In this document: positions 1 through 12,813 of the stretch, piece after piece
Position numbering within the stretch: the stretch's first letter is position 1
How the letters are laid out: the number at the start of each line of letters is the position of its first letter
NCBI GenBank assembly: GCA_047495785.1
Contig: JBLDXI010000036.1
Span: 1,277,592-1,341,591 of the forward strand
Reading direction: 5' to 3'
Source of the DNA: Lepidodermella squamata
Lineage: Eukaryota > Animalia > Gastrotricha
DNA length: 64,000 nt
Notes under the pieces: generated by a model
Database searches by the model: none
Told to the model about the DNA's origin: nothing
The model's input: only the letters and a program-made list of their open reading frames with translations
Position numbers and translations under genes: made by a program

Positions 1-534
1 CCCTAATTTCGGCCACCTCGTCCAGGTACCTTAAATTTGATACCGTTAAATTCGTCTCGACAAGCTGAGTAAGGAAATCGCCCTTTTATCTTTACCTGGG
101 AGCCTTCCCTTTACGACGTGATGCCTGAAGCTCTGGTGATTATGGTAACAAAGCACTCAAGAAACGACATGAGCACCAGCATTAAGAATTATTTTTGTGG
201 GCGACGTAAATTAAGGGTAATTTAATTTAAATTCAAGTGAAGACTAATTTCTAAGAGAAATATTTAGTATATGAAACTGAGAGGTCAAATTTTTAATGCG
301 GATCATAATTTCAATGTTCCATTTCCATCGATGATATCAAAAGTTGTTGAATTAAATTGACTTAAATGTAACAAATACCTGATATTCGGTAATAGGATCA
401 CAGGTTGGGTTGTTATCGCGGCAAGAAGTAAATGCGTTGTTGGTCACTTGGAAGCATCGCTTGAAAACCTGGCCCGATGCCTGGCCGATGAACCCGAACA
501 AAATAACGAGAATTATTAAAATAAAGCTTCTCAT
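1..534 (-). pseudogene. Small secreted Cys-rich protein, possibly Ly6/three-finger-like; second exon degenerate
   Basis: Exon 1 (534-379) encodes a signal peptide (MRSFILIILVILFGFIGQASG) and 3 Cys, and ends at a CAG|GTATTT donor. A candidate exon from 155 reads CFVTIITRASGITS*REGSQVKIKGRFPYSACRDE, with an in-frame stop and a weak GAG acceptor. Confidence 0.4.
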
Positions 535-1619
535 TGCTTTTCGAAAAAATAAGTGCTTAATGACGTGAAAGAGTCGAACAATTTTTTAATATCACGTATT
601 TTTGCCTGTTCTGTTGCTCGCGCCAGATTTCATGTGTGAAAAGACACGCATGAGTTTGAAAAACAAAAACAATAAACAAATCTCATTGAACCCTGACAGG
701 GTCAGCCGCAGCGTTTTCTTCACATAATCGATTTTAACAAGACGTCTATTTTCAGATCAGACTCCAATAACATGTTATTGAAATTGAAATTGAAATTGAG
801 AGTTTTGGCTTCTCCCCCCCGCAACTCATCGTCTGTATCTTCTCGGTTTTTGAGAAAGGCGAAGGAAAGATGGCAAACCAAAGATAGCATTTTATTTAAA
901 GTAAATAAATAATCAATATCAAATAAATTTAATAGAGATGATTTAATCGCAATCAAAAGCATGGCTTCCTATGGGTAACTCGCCCTGATAAATAAATTTG
1001 ATCCCAACAGTCTTTCGTACTATGATGTGTCGTAGGGGTTTATCAAATTCCATTTCGAATTACACCAGTTTGTTTCTATCAAATTCGATAAACTCCTTTG
1101 CAGGGTTCGAAGTAAAGGGGTGCTCGGGTGTCGCGACACCCCAGCTCCGGGTAAATCCAAAACCAGAGGAAGGCTGAAAAATACACAGGGAGCGACTCAT
1201 TGTTTTCTTTGGCTGGGTCCTAGAAAACAAGTAGAAAACGCCTCAGCTCCCGGATCCTACTTCGCACACTGCTCCTTTAGGATTTTTTCGAACGAGAGTG
1301 CTAGTTGCACTCACGCACGGGTGGGGGGAACTCGAAAAATGTATCTCAAGCCTCCGATCTTTTGCGATTGCTTAAGCTCTCTTTCGTTAGAAGTGATAAA
1401 GCTTCTAAATTTCGCAATAAGATATCAGCGAATGTGATAGTATATTTCAGCATTTACGGTAACAGTCAAAAAGGGGCCCTTTTATCTTGCATCACACCAA
1501 AAGGGTGACTACGCACTAATATCATATTGTCTTTTTGTCTTGGATAGAATCCCTCTATCGTAAGGCGCGTCTCATTGACATTTCACCATTTTATTTTAAT
1601 AATTTTCCACAAACATCGA

Positions 1620-2934
1620 TTAAGCTCGCATTTGTTTCCGATCTTTTTCAGGTATCGCAATTTTGCGCGGCAGGTGATACGGCGCCAGTCGCTCGCCCTC
1701 CCACCCGTCCTTGTAGCAATAGGCCGGGCTCAGGATAACTGTCGGCGCATAGTCGACCAGATACCGGTTCAAATGCGACTCTTCGTGGTGCTTCGCAATC
1801 ACCCCGTTGTCGTCATCAATTTTTATCGACTCGACCAACGCCTGCCACAGCTCGACCACTCGACCAGCTCGCCCGCCGTAGAACGCGCCGTCGTAGTAGA
1901 TCCAGCCCTTTTCGGGCGGGATATAGGCCGAGGATGTTTCGTTCTTTTCGTATGTTAGTTCGGTTCGATTACGGTTGAACATCCAGTAGTTTTGGGTAGC
2001 AACCAGATCGCCGAGAATTTCAGGCCCAACTTCATCGACTACGTACATGTCAGCGTCCATCGAGAAGAAAAAATCATGTTCCTAAAGTAAACAAGAAAAA
2101 TAAGAAAAATTGAATTTTTTCGAAATAATTAAAATTTAATTTCAAAAAAATTGTTTTGAAATTTCACAAAAAGAATTTTCCGTAAATTTTCAATGTCAAT
2201 AAATTATGTCAATATATTGAAACCCCGTTTTTTTCCAAAATATTCAAAGATTCATATTTTTTATCCAATTTTTTCAAAAATTTTTAAATTATTTCTCATA
2301 ATTTTTAATAATTTCAAATTATTTTTCAAGAATTTTCTAATTTTTTCAATTTTTTGGCCTTCAACCCTTCACATGTTCTCAATTTTATGGACAATTTTCA
2401 AAAATAAATTGACCAATTAAATGTGATTTTGTCAACATTTTTTCTTACCTCGTTTAACTGATCGTTCAAGCATCGATTAAGATAAATCTCCGGCCGTTTC
2501 ATCGAATCATGCGGCCATCCGAGTCGTTGTTGAAAAACCAGCGCAACATCCTCGCCAAGGTGATCCATCTGATCGGTGAACACGTAGAAATGCAGCCGAG
2601 CGTGACCACGCAGCATAAATTGCCTCGCCGTAGCTATTAACCGGCGTGTAAAATCGAAATACCTCCCCGTTGCCATGACAAAAATTGCAACTCGAGGTAG
2701 ATCGGGCGATTTTTCATCGATTTTTTTTGAAATTAATTCCGAAATGCTGATCGATGGGAAAAATTGGGCGCATATCTTTTTTAGTTCCGATTCGCTCGAT
2801 TCACTCGAATATTGATCGGGTGATTTGCTAACCAGTTGGCTGAGGCAGAAAATTAGCAACAGGGCTGATATGGCGATTGGTAAAGCTAAGCTAAGCCAGT
2901 TTCGGCTTAGTCGGGCGTAGAAGCTCAAATTCAT
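1620..2934 (-). CDS. GT6-family (ABO/GGTA1/Forssman-like) alpha-1,3-Gal/GalNAc transferase, ~315 aa, 2 exons (2934-2449, 2081-1620)
   Basis: N-terminal TM anchor; motifs AIFVMATGRY, FYVFTD, GWPHDSMKR, DxD (MDADM), AYIP..KG.IYYDGAFYGG, HHEESHLNRY and LSPAYC. The phase-0 GT-AG intron joins the exons in frame. Confidence 0.92.
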
Positions 2935-3196
2935 TTGAATCAGTTGAATCGTGATTTTTTCATTCAAAAAAATGGTGGAAAAATTAACGTAGAATTTTTT
3001 GCGTAAATTGTCGCGTGCTCAATAATTTATTCTTATTCACGCGAACAAACAAAAAGTTTCAAAAAATTATCTGAGGAAAATCTGAAATTTAACATTTTTA
3101 TGAGAATAAGGATTCCTATCATTTAGGTAGCTTCAATTAATTAATCACTGAAAATTATTAAAAAAATCGATTATTGCGTTGGTTTTTTTTCAAGTT

Positions 3197-4554
3197 TCAA
3201 TCGGTTGGGTTATCAATTAGGCCAAATCCTTTAATTGCTTCATTTAATTTCGCCGTGACCTCAATTGAAATTCCAAGAAGTTCCGGTTCCATCTTTTCCA
3301 ACTCGATGCCAAATTTTCTCCCGTCTAAAAGAAACGAAAAATTAGGCGAATAATTCGAAAAAAAAATTAAAATAAATTACGCGCTATCAAGTCGATTTTC
3401 ACGATTCGGCCATTTCCAATATCGATTTTTTCGGCCCAAGATATCGGGTAGACATAGCCGTTAGAATACGCCAAATAGCCGCTGATTTCATGTGAATCAT
3501 CGCCTGCCCCACGAATCGTTAGTATCAGACCATTTTCAAATCTCGAAAACATGAAAAATCGATTTTCAACCGAATTTTCGAATATTCGAACGCCGCGAAG
3601 TATCAGCTCTAATGTTTCTGATTCCACCTCAATTGTTCCTCTTATCTCTCCAGTTTGTTCGAAAGTTTTTCGCGAAGGATCGAAAATATTTGAAATTTTC
3701 AATTTTGGACTGGCGGCGTTGCATAGATTTTTGGCAAGAAGCCAAGGGCTGAAATCAACCGAGTGATCGCTCGGATCGGTGAGAGCTTTGAACCAAAATC
3801 GAAGCGTTACTGGGATGAATTCATCCTGGCCGGTTTGACGCTGCTCGTTTTTCATGAGACCTGCATAGACGATGCGATATTTTCGAACTGCGTCAATTTG
3901 CCAGATCCTGAGCCCACCGGCTGCTATTTTTCTTCCATCATCTATGCACATTAAATTAGCAATACTGATTGAAATTCATAAAATGATAAGGAAAATTGCG
4001 TAAAACATCCAATGTCGAATTGAATTTTAAAAATTTCAAAGAAACTGGAAGCTAATTTTGAAAAATTTTCAAAAAAATTCCAAAAAATTTTAAATTTGAA
4101 TTTTAAATTAAAAAAAAAGTAAGATATTATTTTTTGGAATTTTGAAGGCACACAATAAGTATTCAACTAATAAAGAAAAAATTAGAAAATATTTTCCATT
4201 TATACCTGGCTGGGCTGTTTCGTCGTCAATTGCTCTCCAATCAAGCGTGAAACGTCGCCCATCAGCGAGCCTCAACAAAATGATGACATCAACCTTTCCA
4301 ACCTGACTTCGTTTCACAGCTAGGTTGATAACATTCCCAAATTTATCGCTGCCACAAAATTGCAGAATTTTAGCTCGCCCGTTGGTGTAGCCAGCTAAAT
4401 TTTGTTGTAGCATTTCGCTCTCTTGCCGTTGCCTTCGCTGAATCCTGCGCCAAGTTTTATATATCGCCAATAGATTGAAGATAATGAGCCGTTTTAATAT
4501 TCGAAATTTGTTGCAAATAACAACAAAGGCCAGAGTAAGGAATATAAAAATCAT
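3197..4554 (-). CDS. Uncharacterised membrane-anchored protein, 3 exons (4554-4206, 3941-3381, 3324-3197); resembles the stand-alone N-terminal region of animal PEP-synthase/YvkC-like proteins
   Basis: Two phase-1 GT-AG introns give a continuous frame. N-terminal hydrophobic segment. Motifs AAGGLRI..IDAVRKYRIVYAG and FEQTGEIRG.I.V.....L.G.R match that family from memory, not from a search. Confidence 0.65.
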
Positions 4555-5477
4555 TCTGAAATAATCAAATTCGTGCAAATATTCAGTCAAATTTGAGAAA
4601 AGGAAATTTCAATTTTTAGAAAATTTGATTGGACTGTTCAATAAAATTACCCTTAGTTATATTAAAGATCCCGAACAACTGGGATTCATGAGGATTAAAA
4701 AATATTTCCCAACAAATTCGCCTTCGATTTTAAAAATTTCAGAAGCTTCGAGAAAGCTCATAAAAATTGAAATTAAAGCTGTAACGGGGTCAGTCGAGCA
4801 TGTCCAATTAGCTCGAATTTTACTCTTCTTAGATGAATTCGATTTTATATAAAAAAACGGAATATTTAATGCTCTTGATTGAAAATTCGAGAGAATTGTT
4901 TGAAATTCTAATTAAAAATTATTCGTAAAAATAAAAAAAATTAGAATGAAAACCGAATTGAATTAAATTCGATAACATTTGGGCGCTTATATTTGATTTG
5001 ACATTGTGAGTTTCAACATTCGCCTTTGAAATTAAAATTTAATTTAACGGAAATTTAAAATTTAAAATTTAAATTCAATTAAAATTATGAGAGAATAGTT
5101 TAATTTTAACAAAAAAAATGTATTTGGCTATTTTCCAAAACATCATCGCCTCGAGTTTGATGTCAAACGAAAGCTGATGAACGGGAGAATTTCATTGTGG
5201 CTACCGCCGTCCAAATCTAATTTTGGCAGGGCAATTGTCCGTTGCCTGCGAAAAGTTTTCAGAAACGTTCTAAATCCTGCTGAATCCGACACGTTGAGCG
5301 ACGAAATGCAATAAAAATCGGTGCCAAAATGAGTCTATAATTCTCCACGTGATACCTCCATCTTGTTTACCTAGTAATAAACGCGACGTAACGCAACACC
5401 TTGCCGTAATAAATAGAGCTATTGACAAAATAGTTGTCTAAAAACGGCTTAAATCAGTGCAAAGTATATTTTCCGCC

Positions 5478-7475
5478 ATGTTCATAGAAATGTTCGCAAT
5501 TTTAATTATTGCGCTATTAATATGTTTCGCATTATATCGAAAATTAATTGCGCATCGATGGCTGGCAAATGCCGGCATCCCAGGCCCACAGCCGCACTGG
5601 CTCTACGGCAATTTACGCGAGTTATGGTCGACCGATAAACGGCATGAGATTTTTCAAAAATGGGCTGCAAAATACGGACCCGTTTTTGGCTATTACGAAG
5701 GCGGCAATCCTGTTGTTGTGTTCAACCGACTTGAAGATGTTGAAGATATTTCAATTGCTAAATATGACACTTTTCAAGGCCATTACGTATCTGTTCTACA
5801 GGTAAATCCAAAATCAAATTTTTCAGATTGAAATTATCACAAGATTTTTTTTAATTTTTAAATTTCAAAAAATTTCAAAATTCTCAAATTTGAAGTGAAT
5901 TTTACTAATTGCTGTTTTCTTAAAATTTTTGCGATTTATTTTTAGAATTTCATGAGTGAATTGAAAATTCAAGTTTTAAAATAATTTTTTTTTTGAAATT
6001 TTCAGCCAGACCAACAGACTGATATGGAAAGCAGTATATTTCGGCCGAATCTGTTCTTAGGAACGGGCAATTTTCGGCGGCTTCACCGGCGATGCGTGAC
6101 CGAGCTATTCACCGTACCTCGCTTCAAATTGATTTTGCCGCTTTTCGACTCGGCTTTGCAACAATTGGTCGCAGTTCTGCGCTCAAAGGCTCAATCTGGA
6201 ACCGAATTCGATATTCTCGACGTTTTCGAACGATTTTCTATGGTAAGAAAATTTAATTAAATATAAAATCATTTATTTGTGAAAAATTTGAAAAAAAAAC
6301 TAAAAATTCTATTTTTTAATTTTTTGTTTCATTTTAAATGTAAAAATGTAAAAACAAAATTCAAATTTTAGAAAATATTAGAGAATTCGCATGATATTAT
6401 TTAGAAATTTTAGAAAAATTAAAAAATATGTTTCTAAGTATTTTTCTAATTTTCCAAGGATGTAATGGGAACAGCTACAGCTAGCATCGAAATAGGCTGT
6501 TTGGCTAAAATTAACGAGGACAGCAAACTCATCGATAATGTGCGATCAGTCATGCGTGAAAATGTCGAAATCAGCCGTGTCGAGAAATTTTTCATGATTT
6601 TCTACGACATTCTTTATTGGCTAATTCCTTACTTCAAACGCTTCATCGAATTTCTTAACCGCGATTTTCACATCGTGAGCCGTCACAAAATTTGGGACAT
6701 TTGCTACAACGTCGTAAATCGAAGGCTGGACCAAGGCTTGGAGGAAAGATCCGACTGGCTAAATTGGCTACTTCAAGATTCGATCACGGAAAAAGAATTA
6801 ACTAGAGAAGAAATTGCTGGAATTTGCATGCTATTTTTCGTCGCTGGATCCTCAACAACATCGGCTGGAATAACGTTCATAACGCATCTTCTAGCTCGAA
6901 ATCCTCGAATTCAGGCCAAAATTTACGAGGAAATTTCGAAAATTCCGAAAGCTGATTTTGTGGATAGGGTGACACAAAATACGTACCTGGAGTGGGTTTG
7001 CGAGGAAGCGATGCGAATTCACGCCGTCACGCATGGTTCATTGAACCGTATCGTTTTATCGCAAAATCTCGAGGTGAATGGCGTGAAAATTCCGAAAAAT
7101 TGCCGTCACGTTTTCATGGATACTTGGCGCGTTCATTTCGATGCGAAAATCTGGGGCCCAGTCGATCCGTTTCAATTCTACCCGGAACGGTTTAGCCCGG
7201 AATATTTGGCGGCTAACCCGCGGCCTTCGACGGCGTTTCTCGCCTTTGGCATCGGGCCAGGCATGTGTATCGGCAAGAAATTTGGCATTTTTGAGATGAA
7301 ACTAGCGATTGCGAGTGTTGTGAAGAATTTTGTTATTGTGAATGGGAGCCACGAGGTGATAGCTGTTAGATCTGTGCCGGTTTATCAGCCTTCTGATGGC
7401 TTGTTCGTGAAACTGATTCCACGGGGTACGACGGCTACTTTTAATGACAGTTCAGCAAACAGAAATGAGCAGTGA
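5478..7475 (+). CDS. Cytochrome P450, CYP3-clan-like, ~525 aa, 3 exons (5478-5801, 6006-6242, 6459-7475)
   Basis: TM anchor plus GIPGPQPHWLYGN; I-helix AGSSTT; ExxR (EAMR); PERF; heme motif FGIGPGMCIG; two phase-0 GT-AG introns. Confidence 0.95.
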
Positions 7476-8513
7476 AAATTTGTTAAATTTACAAAAAAAT
7501 GCATACCAAAAATGATAATTATAAAAATCGGAAAATTTTTCAAAAAAATTCAGAATTTCAAAATTCAAATTTCAGCAATTTCAACAATTTACGACAAAGA
7601 ATATTTTTCGGTTTTATTCTAAAGAAATTCTCAATTTTTTTTATGAAGAAATATGAAATAATATGCGAATATTTTTTCAAAATTTCAAAATTCAAAATTC
7701 GAAAAGAATACCAAAAATTTTGTAAAATTTCAGAAAAAACGGGCCTTCTCATATGTTTTAGCGGGCAAATTTTTACAGTTTTCAGTGCTGAATTCATTGG
7801 CAACGAATAATTTTTTAACACTTTTTTCTCAATTTAAATTTTTTTATTCATCATTTTTGCTTTTCCCCGTAGTTTTCAAGATTTTTTTCTAGTTTATTGC
7901 TTAAATATTTATTCTTCCTAATTTAGCCTTTAAGATACCAGATACATTCGAGTTTTTCTGAACGTTTTGTTTCCAACTCTCAGGGAATTCTAACGATTAA
8001 AAGCTTGAAAGAGCATTTTGAAATTTGTGGGCTCAAAAATTGAAAATTTGTAATGAACGCTCAAAATGTTGAATTTCGAAACCTCCTGGTGAGAATAGCG
8101 GTCCCTTGGCAACCCGTTGCTATGTATTAGCGTCGTTTTTTCTTCGCTTTCCATCTCCATCTGATGAGTATAAAAGAGGCTAAATTAAGGAATTAAATCA
8201 TGAAAATATCTCAGAAATCGAATCATCAATCCTCTGAATCGCTGAATTATAAAATAAAATTAATATTTTTTTATTAAATTTTAAATTTTAAATTTTAATT
8301 TAAATTTAATTTTTAAACTTTGTTTTTGCTGTCTCAACTATAATTCGAGACATCCTTTGCATTTTTTTTAATTTTCTGTATCATGTTTTATAATCGGCTT
8401 CAATTATGAAATAAACAATGAATGATTTATTCAAACAACAGCTTATTCATTGATACAAAAAAAGGGTTTTTGTTCATTAACGAGTTTTTCTCTCAGTTTC
8501 CTATTTCCCAGGT

Positions 8514-10915
8514 TCAGGCAGCACTCTTCGGCCATTTGCCCATCCAAACTGGGAAATAAATAACGGAAAACGCCGTAATCGAATAGACAATTTCACACGC
8601 CTCAAGCGCGACCAACTGGTCCATCCACGACGACATGATGACAATAATTAGCACGCCGGCGCACAGTATGGTGACGCATAGAATCGACACAATGCGATAG
8701 CACGCAACATCGATTTGGTACTCGACCGATTTCGGCAGGGCCTTAACCTGGTACGCGTAGAAGGCGCTCAAAATCATGAAAATAACATTCAACCCGGTAA
8801 AAGCGCCGGCGACAGGTGCTAAAATCGACGAATAACATCGATGCGACACCAAAATGTAGTACTCGTCCAGGTCGAAATCGAACATAACCCCACTCCTCTC
8901 GGTTATAATGTGGATTGGCTCGTAAAAATGGAGAAAAATCAGTACGGCAACACAGATTAGGAAGGTAACCCCGGTTAGGATGACCGTGTATTTCCCAACA
9001 TCTTTCGAGGCCAGGGATTTAGCTAAGGACCTCCTCCTAGGCTGCGGAGCTGGGTCACTGCTTGTCGAAGCTCTGGAACCTCCCTGGACTGTCATGCTAG
9101 TTTGAAGGGCGGCTTTTGCAGCTGCAGCTTGTTTTTTGTCCGTAGGCACCACAGTGGTATGGGCCAGGCCGTAGTAGATGTGGCCAGGCAGCGTGAAAGA
9201 CCTAGCGCAGATCGCAGCGTTGATGATTGAGAACCCTAGAACTGGCATAATGGCTAACCACGGGCAAACCATGTCGTTATCTGCGAAAGCTTCGATTACA
9301 ACCCCTGAATCTAGGATTAAACAACCGATAGCGATTAGCCCAGATCCGATAAGGTCGAAGTAAGGATTCGGCCCGATTTTCATTGTTAGAAGGCTGAAAC
9401 CGACCTTGGCGAGACAAATCAGTTTCCCAAGCATTAGGAACAGAGAAATAGCTGAAATCACTGATTTGTTGCTTAGGGGCAAATCGGCGCTGTATAACGC
9501 AATGTTCGATAGATCTTTAGGCGGCAGGCCGGATTTCGTGAAGAAAACCGGAGGTTTCGGGTTCTTCTTATAAGGGCCAATCGCGAAGTTTTCAATGTTC
9601 AAATCAGCTGTTGTAGCGTTCAATTTATAGATATTGTAGATATGCTGAAAATCTCCGTTTAGGAACTGAGATACAGACTGGTTCTCCGAATCGACCTCTA
9701 ACCGAATCGACCTCTAACCTCCAACCGGCCCGATCTAACACTGATGAAGTCCAACTCGGCGGCAGCTTTGTACAGCAACGGCTCGGCAATGTCAGTGATA
9801 TCTGCATAGTCTTTCAAAGTTTTGTTGTAGCCGAGTTTCAGGTATGTCTCAGTTTTGTTCAGGGTGAGAAGAGATGCGGTCATGATGTCGTGGCATGCGT
9901 ATCGATTGAAGAAACCGCCCAGGGCCATGAATCGAGGCCCGAGGGTAGCGACTAATTTCCTATCAACATCCTGAGCTGAGTAGCCTAGACTTCCCGGCCC
10001 GTCGTAGTCGCCGAACAACCGAGTCACGCCGACCCAGAATGTTATCTTCATCTGCTCGAAAACCATCTCAGGCCTCGAGCATTCCCTGGGGAATGGGAGG
10101 AGCCTAGGGTCGAGAGGGACGTAGCAGCTAACGCTGAATAGGAACATGTAACTCGGTGCGGTCATGCCGAGGAGATAGGCCTGGCATAGAACCCTAAGGC
10201 AGAATCCGAACGGGTTCGAAGGGAAGGCTACGACAAAGATCCGCGCGTCACTCGCCTTCATCTCATACGCGAAATCTGGCTTAGTGAAATCGACGTCTGT
10301 TATCAAAATCGGCACCTGAATTCCGTTGCTGGTGAAGGTCGATGCGATTTGTTTAGCCATGGCGTAGTCCACAGCGGCGGTTGAAGTTATAATGCCAACC
10401 TGTTGCCATTTGCCGATGCTTTTGATGAAACGCAGATACGCGAAAATCGTATTCTCAACGGGCAGCTGCGGGCGTTGTAGCGCGATATGCCGTTCCCGGG
10501 GTACTGTTAGCGTTATCGAGGAACATCCCAGGGTGTAAGCCAGTGATTTGTAGGCCCTAACGATAGGCGAGTAGTATTGGCAGTTCGTAGGCGAGCCGAG
10601 TATAACAGGCGCTAGTACAGCATCAGATTGGTTGGATCGGAAATTTTCGACAAATGTGACGTAGTTTTTAGGGACTACCTCGCTGGTCCCGCCTTCGTCT
10701 AGCTCAGCGATTTCCAGATCGTAGTCTGGCAGTAAGTCGGTGCGTTTGTTCACCTCTTCGATAGCCATTTTGTACACAGCCTGGCAGACTGGGCTCAGAT
10801 TTGACGGCACGCTTTTCCCTAGAAATGCGATGAGAGTCATTTTCGTTTTTGTTGCGTTCTGCGCAAAGGTGAGGCCTGCAAAGCTCAGTAGCAAAAACTC
10901 ACGAAAATTCAACAT
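8514..10915 (-). pseudogene. Class C GPCR, GABA-B-receptor-like (Venus flytrap + 7TM, no Cys-rich domain); frame broken at ~9696-9718
   Basis: Signal peptide, MAIEEVNKRTDLLPDYDL, W..VGII and ARIFVV VFT motifs; seven hydrophobic helices in 8514-9623. The two ORFs are 23 nt out of register across a 16-bp tandem duplication. Confidence 0.85.
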
Positions 10916-11926
10916 CTTTACGTTAATTTCTAGGTAAAAAATATGAATGGGCAGATTTTTGAGTGCGCATTTTCCGAAATTTTATTAGCTGAAATTTCAC
11001 ACTTCAGCGGATGTTTTTCTGAATTGCAGACCACAATAAACAGCAACGCATATTTCCTGAACCTAAATGAGTGTTTCGACTTGATAAATTTGTCGAGTTT
11101 TCAGGCAGAAAGGCATCATTTTCTTTAGGAGTTGAGATGAAATTAGGCGATAGGGACAGTTTCTGAAGAAGTGATACGTGCAATTTAATTTCTTCCTGAT
11201 GTCTCGGGGTGTTGTTTTTGTTGAACAGGAAATTAAACGGGGCACTCCCTTGGCTTGATGCTGTTAATAGCATGTCGTTGGCTGTGAGGATATTAGAAAA
11301 TCACAGCCGCCCGCACGTGATAACAATTTTGTTGTCCTAATTACAACATTTCGCCGAGTGAGGACAATTTTTTTGATTTGCGATACACTGAGAGACATTT
11401 CAGTGCGATGCTTTTGCGTAACAGAAATGTATGTGTTTGGAAAATTATCAGAAAATTGGTTTATATAATTTGAAGGCTAAATTTGAAGCTGCGCATTGTA
11501 TCACTGACTTGTTTGAAGTTTTAAGGCGTTCGAATTAAATGTTAATTTTTGGTTGCTTTCTTTGTTATTTCAGGGGCATTTTCAGTCATAGTCCGGCTGA
11601 AACATGATATCTCAGTAATGAATTAACTGGATAACAAACCCACTTTTGCCCACTTTTGTTGTACATGTTTCTGAATTCATACTCTATCTACTATGATTGG
11701 GGGCATATTTTCCTGCAGGTAGCTTGCTTATGGGATGCCGGATGCCCTAATCTCTCTCGTTCTCACATCGCTGTTACTTTCTCTCTGAAATTGGCTGAGA
11801 TGAGCTCAAGTCGAAGAACAAACCAGCTCGAATCAGTGAAGGAAACATGAAGTATCTCCCACCACCTTTTCACGCTTTTATTTAAGAGGAATATAGATCG
11901 ATATGAAATCAATTTTGATATCTTTT

Positions 11927-12300
11927 TCAACGGTTATACACCTTGAGCGGCTTTGAGGCTACGTGGACGTAAATGAAGGTATTTTGCGGCAGCGCTGTCT
12001 TCGCGCGGGGGCAGGGTTGGAAATAGCGGCACGTTTTGCCAACATATTGAATGGCGGCACAACTGCTGGCAGAACAGCTCGAGAGGCAAAATTTGATCGA
12101 TGACTGTTGGGCTTCTTTCACCGGCTTTTCCTGGCATGCGATGCTGCTCCGCTCGTAGCTCGTAGCCAATACAATTCGATGCCCATTCCACTGCGAGCAA
12201 ACAAAAATAATTCAAGAATTGTTGTAGTAGGCATTACAACTCGAGACTGTGTAGCATGTATAGCAGCGAAGCAGGATATGACTGCGATCAGGAAAATGCT
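11927..12300 (-). pseudogene. Secreted single PAN/Apple-like protein, copy A (pseudogene)
   Basis: Six-Cys exon 2 (ACQEKP..CLSSCSASSCAAIQY..TCRYFQPC). Three lesions: ATG deleted, donor GTAAGT changed to CACAGT (12251-12246), and a 7-bp duplication (12152-12165) causing a frameshift relative to copy F. Confidence 0.85.
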
Positions 12301-12813
12301 AATGGGCTGTTAGCGTTACGAGCACTGAAAACGGGTTCGCGAACGATCTCAGCTGTCGCGATCTCGGACTGAGGCGACCATCATCGCCAACATAGGAAAA
12401 TTGAATAACAAGTCTAGCCGATTGGTAAATAAGCACCCTCAACTGATGGGCCCCAAGTAGCGGCGGTATTCAACATGTAAACGGTGAGCTGAATTTTTCG
12501 CAAAAATTCTGATATAAGAGGTTTATTATACATATTTATCTGTGATCTTCAATTACATTTTTGGATTGCAAGGTAATTGAAAAATGATATGAAGATAGCG
12601 AATGAACTTCGATCAATAGAACTGAAGTTAGTCGGAAGGTTTGGCTCTGTCAGCCAGAAACTACTCGTATTGAAATCATGGTTATCAGATTTGATATTAG
12701 GTTTTCATGAGATGTTGGATGATGAAGTTTGTTATCAACGTAAAACTTGAATTTAGCTTCTCGATCATCGATATCAACGTAAACTTTGGACAGGTTTCTC
12801 GCCAGTTGTTTAT

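Noticed and set aside
2090-8400. Short F/K/I/N-rich ORFs (e.g. 2193, 3951, 7499, 7558)
   Set aside because: These are chance frames in A/T-run-rich introns and intergenic DNA.
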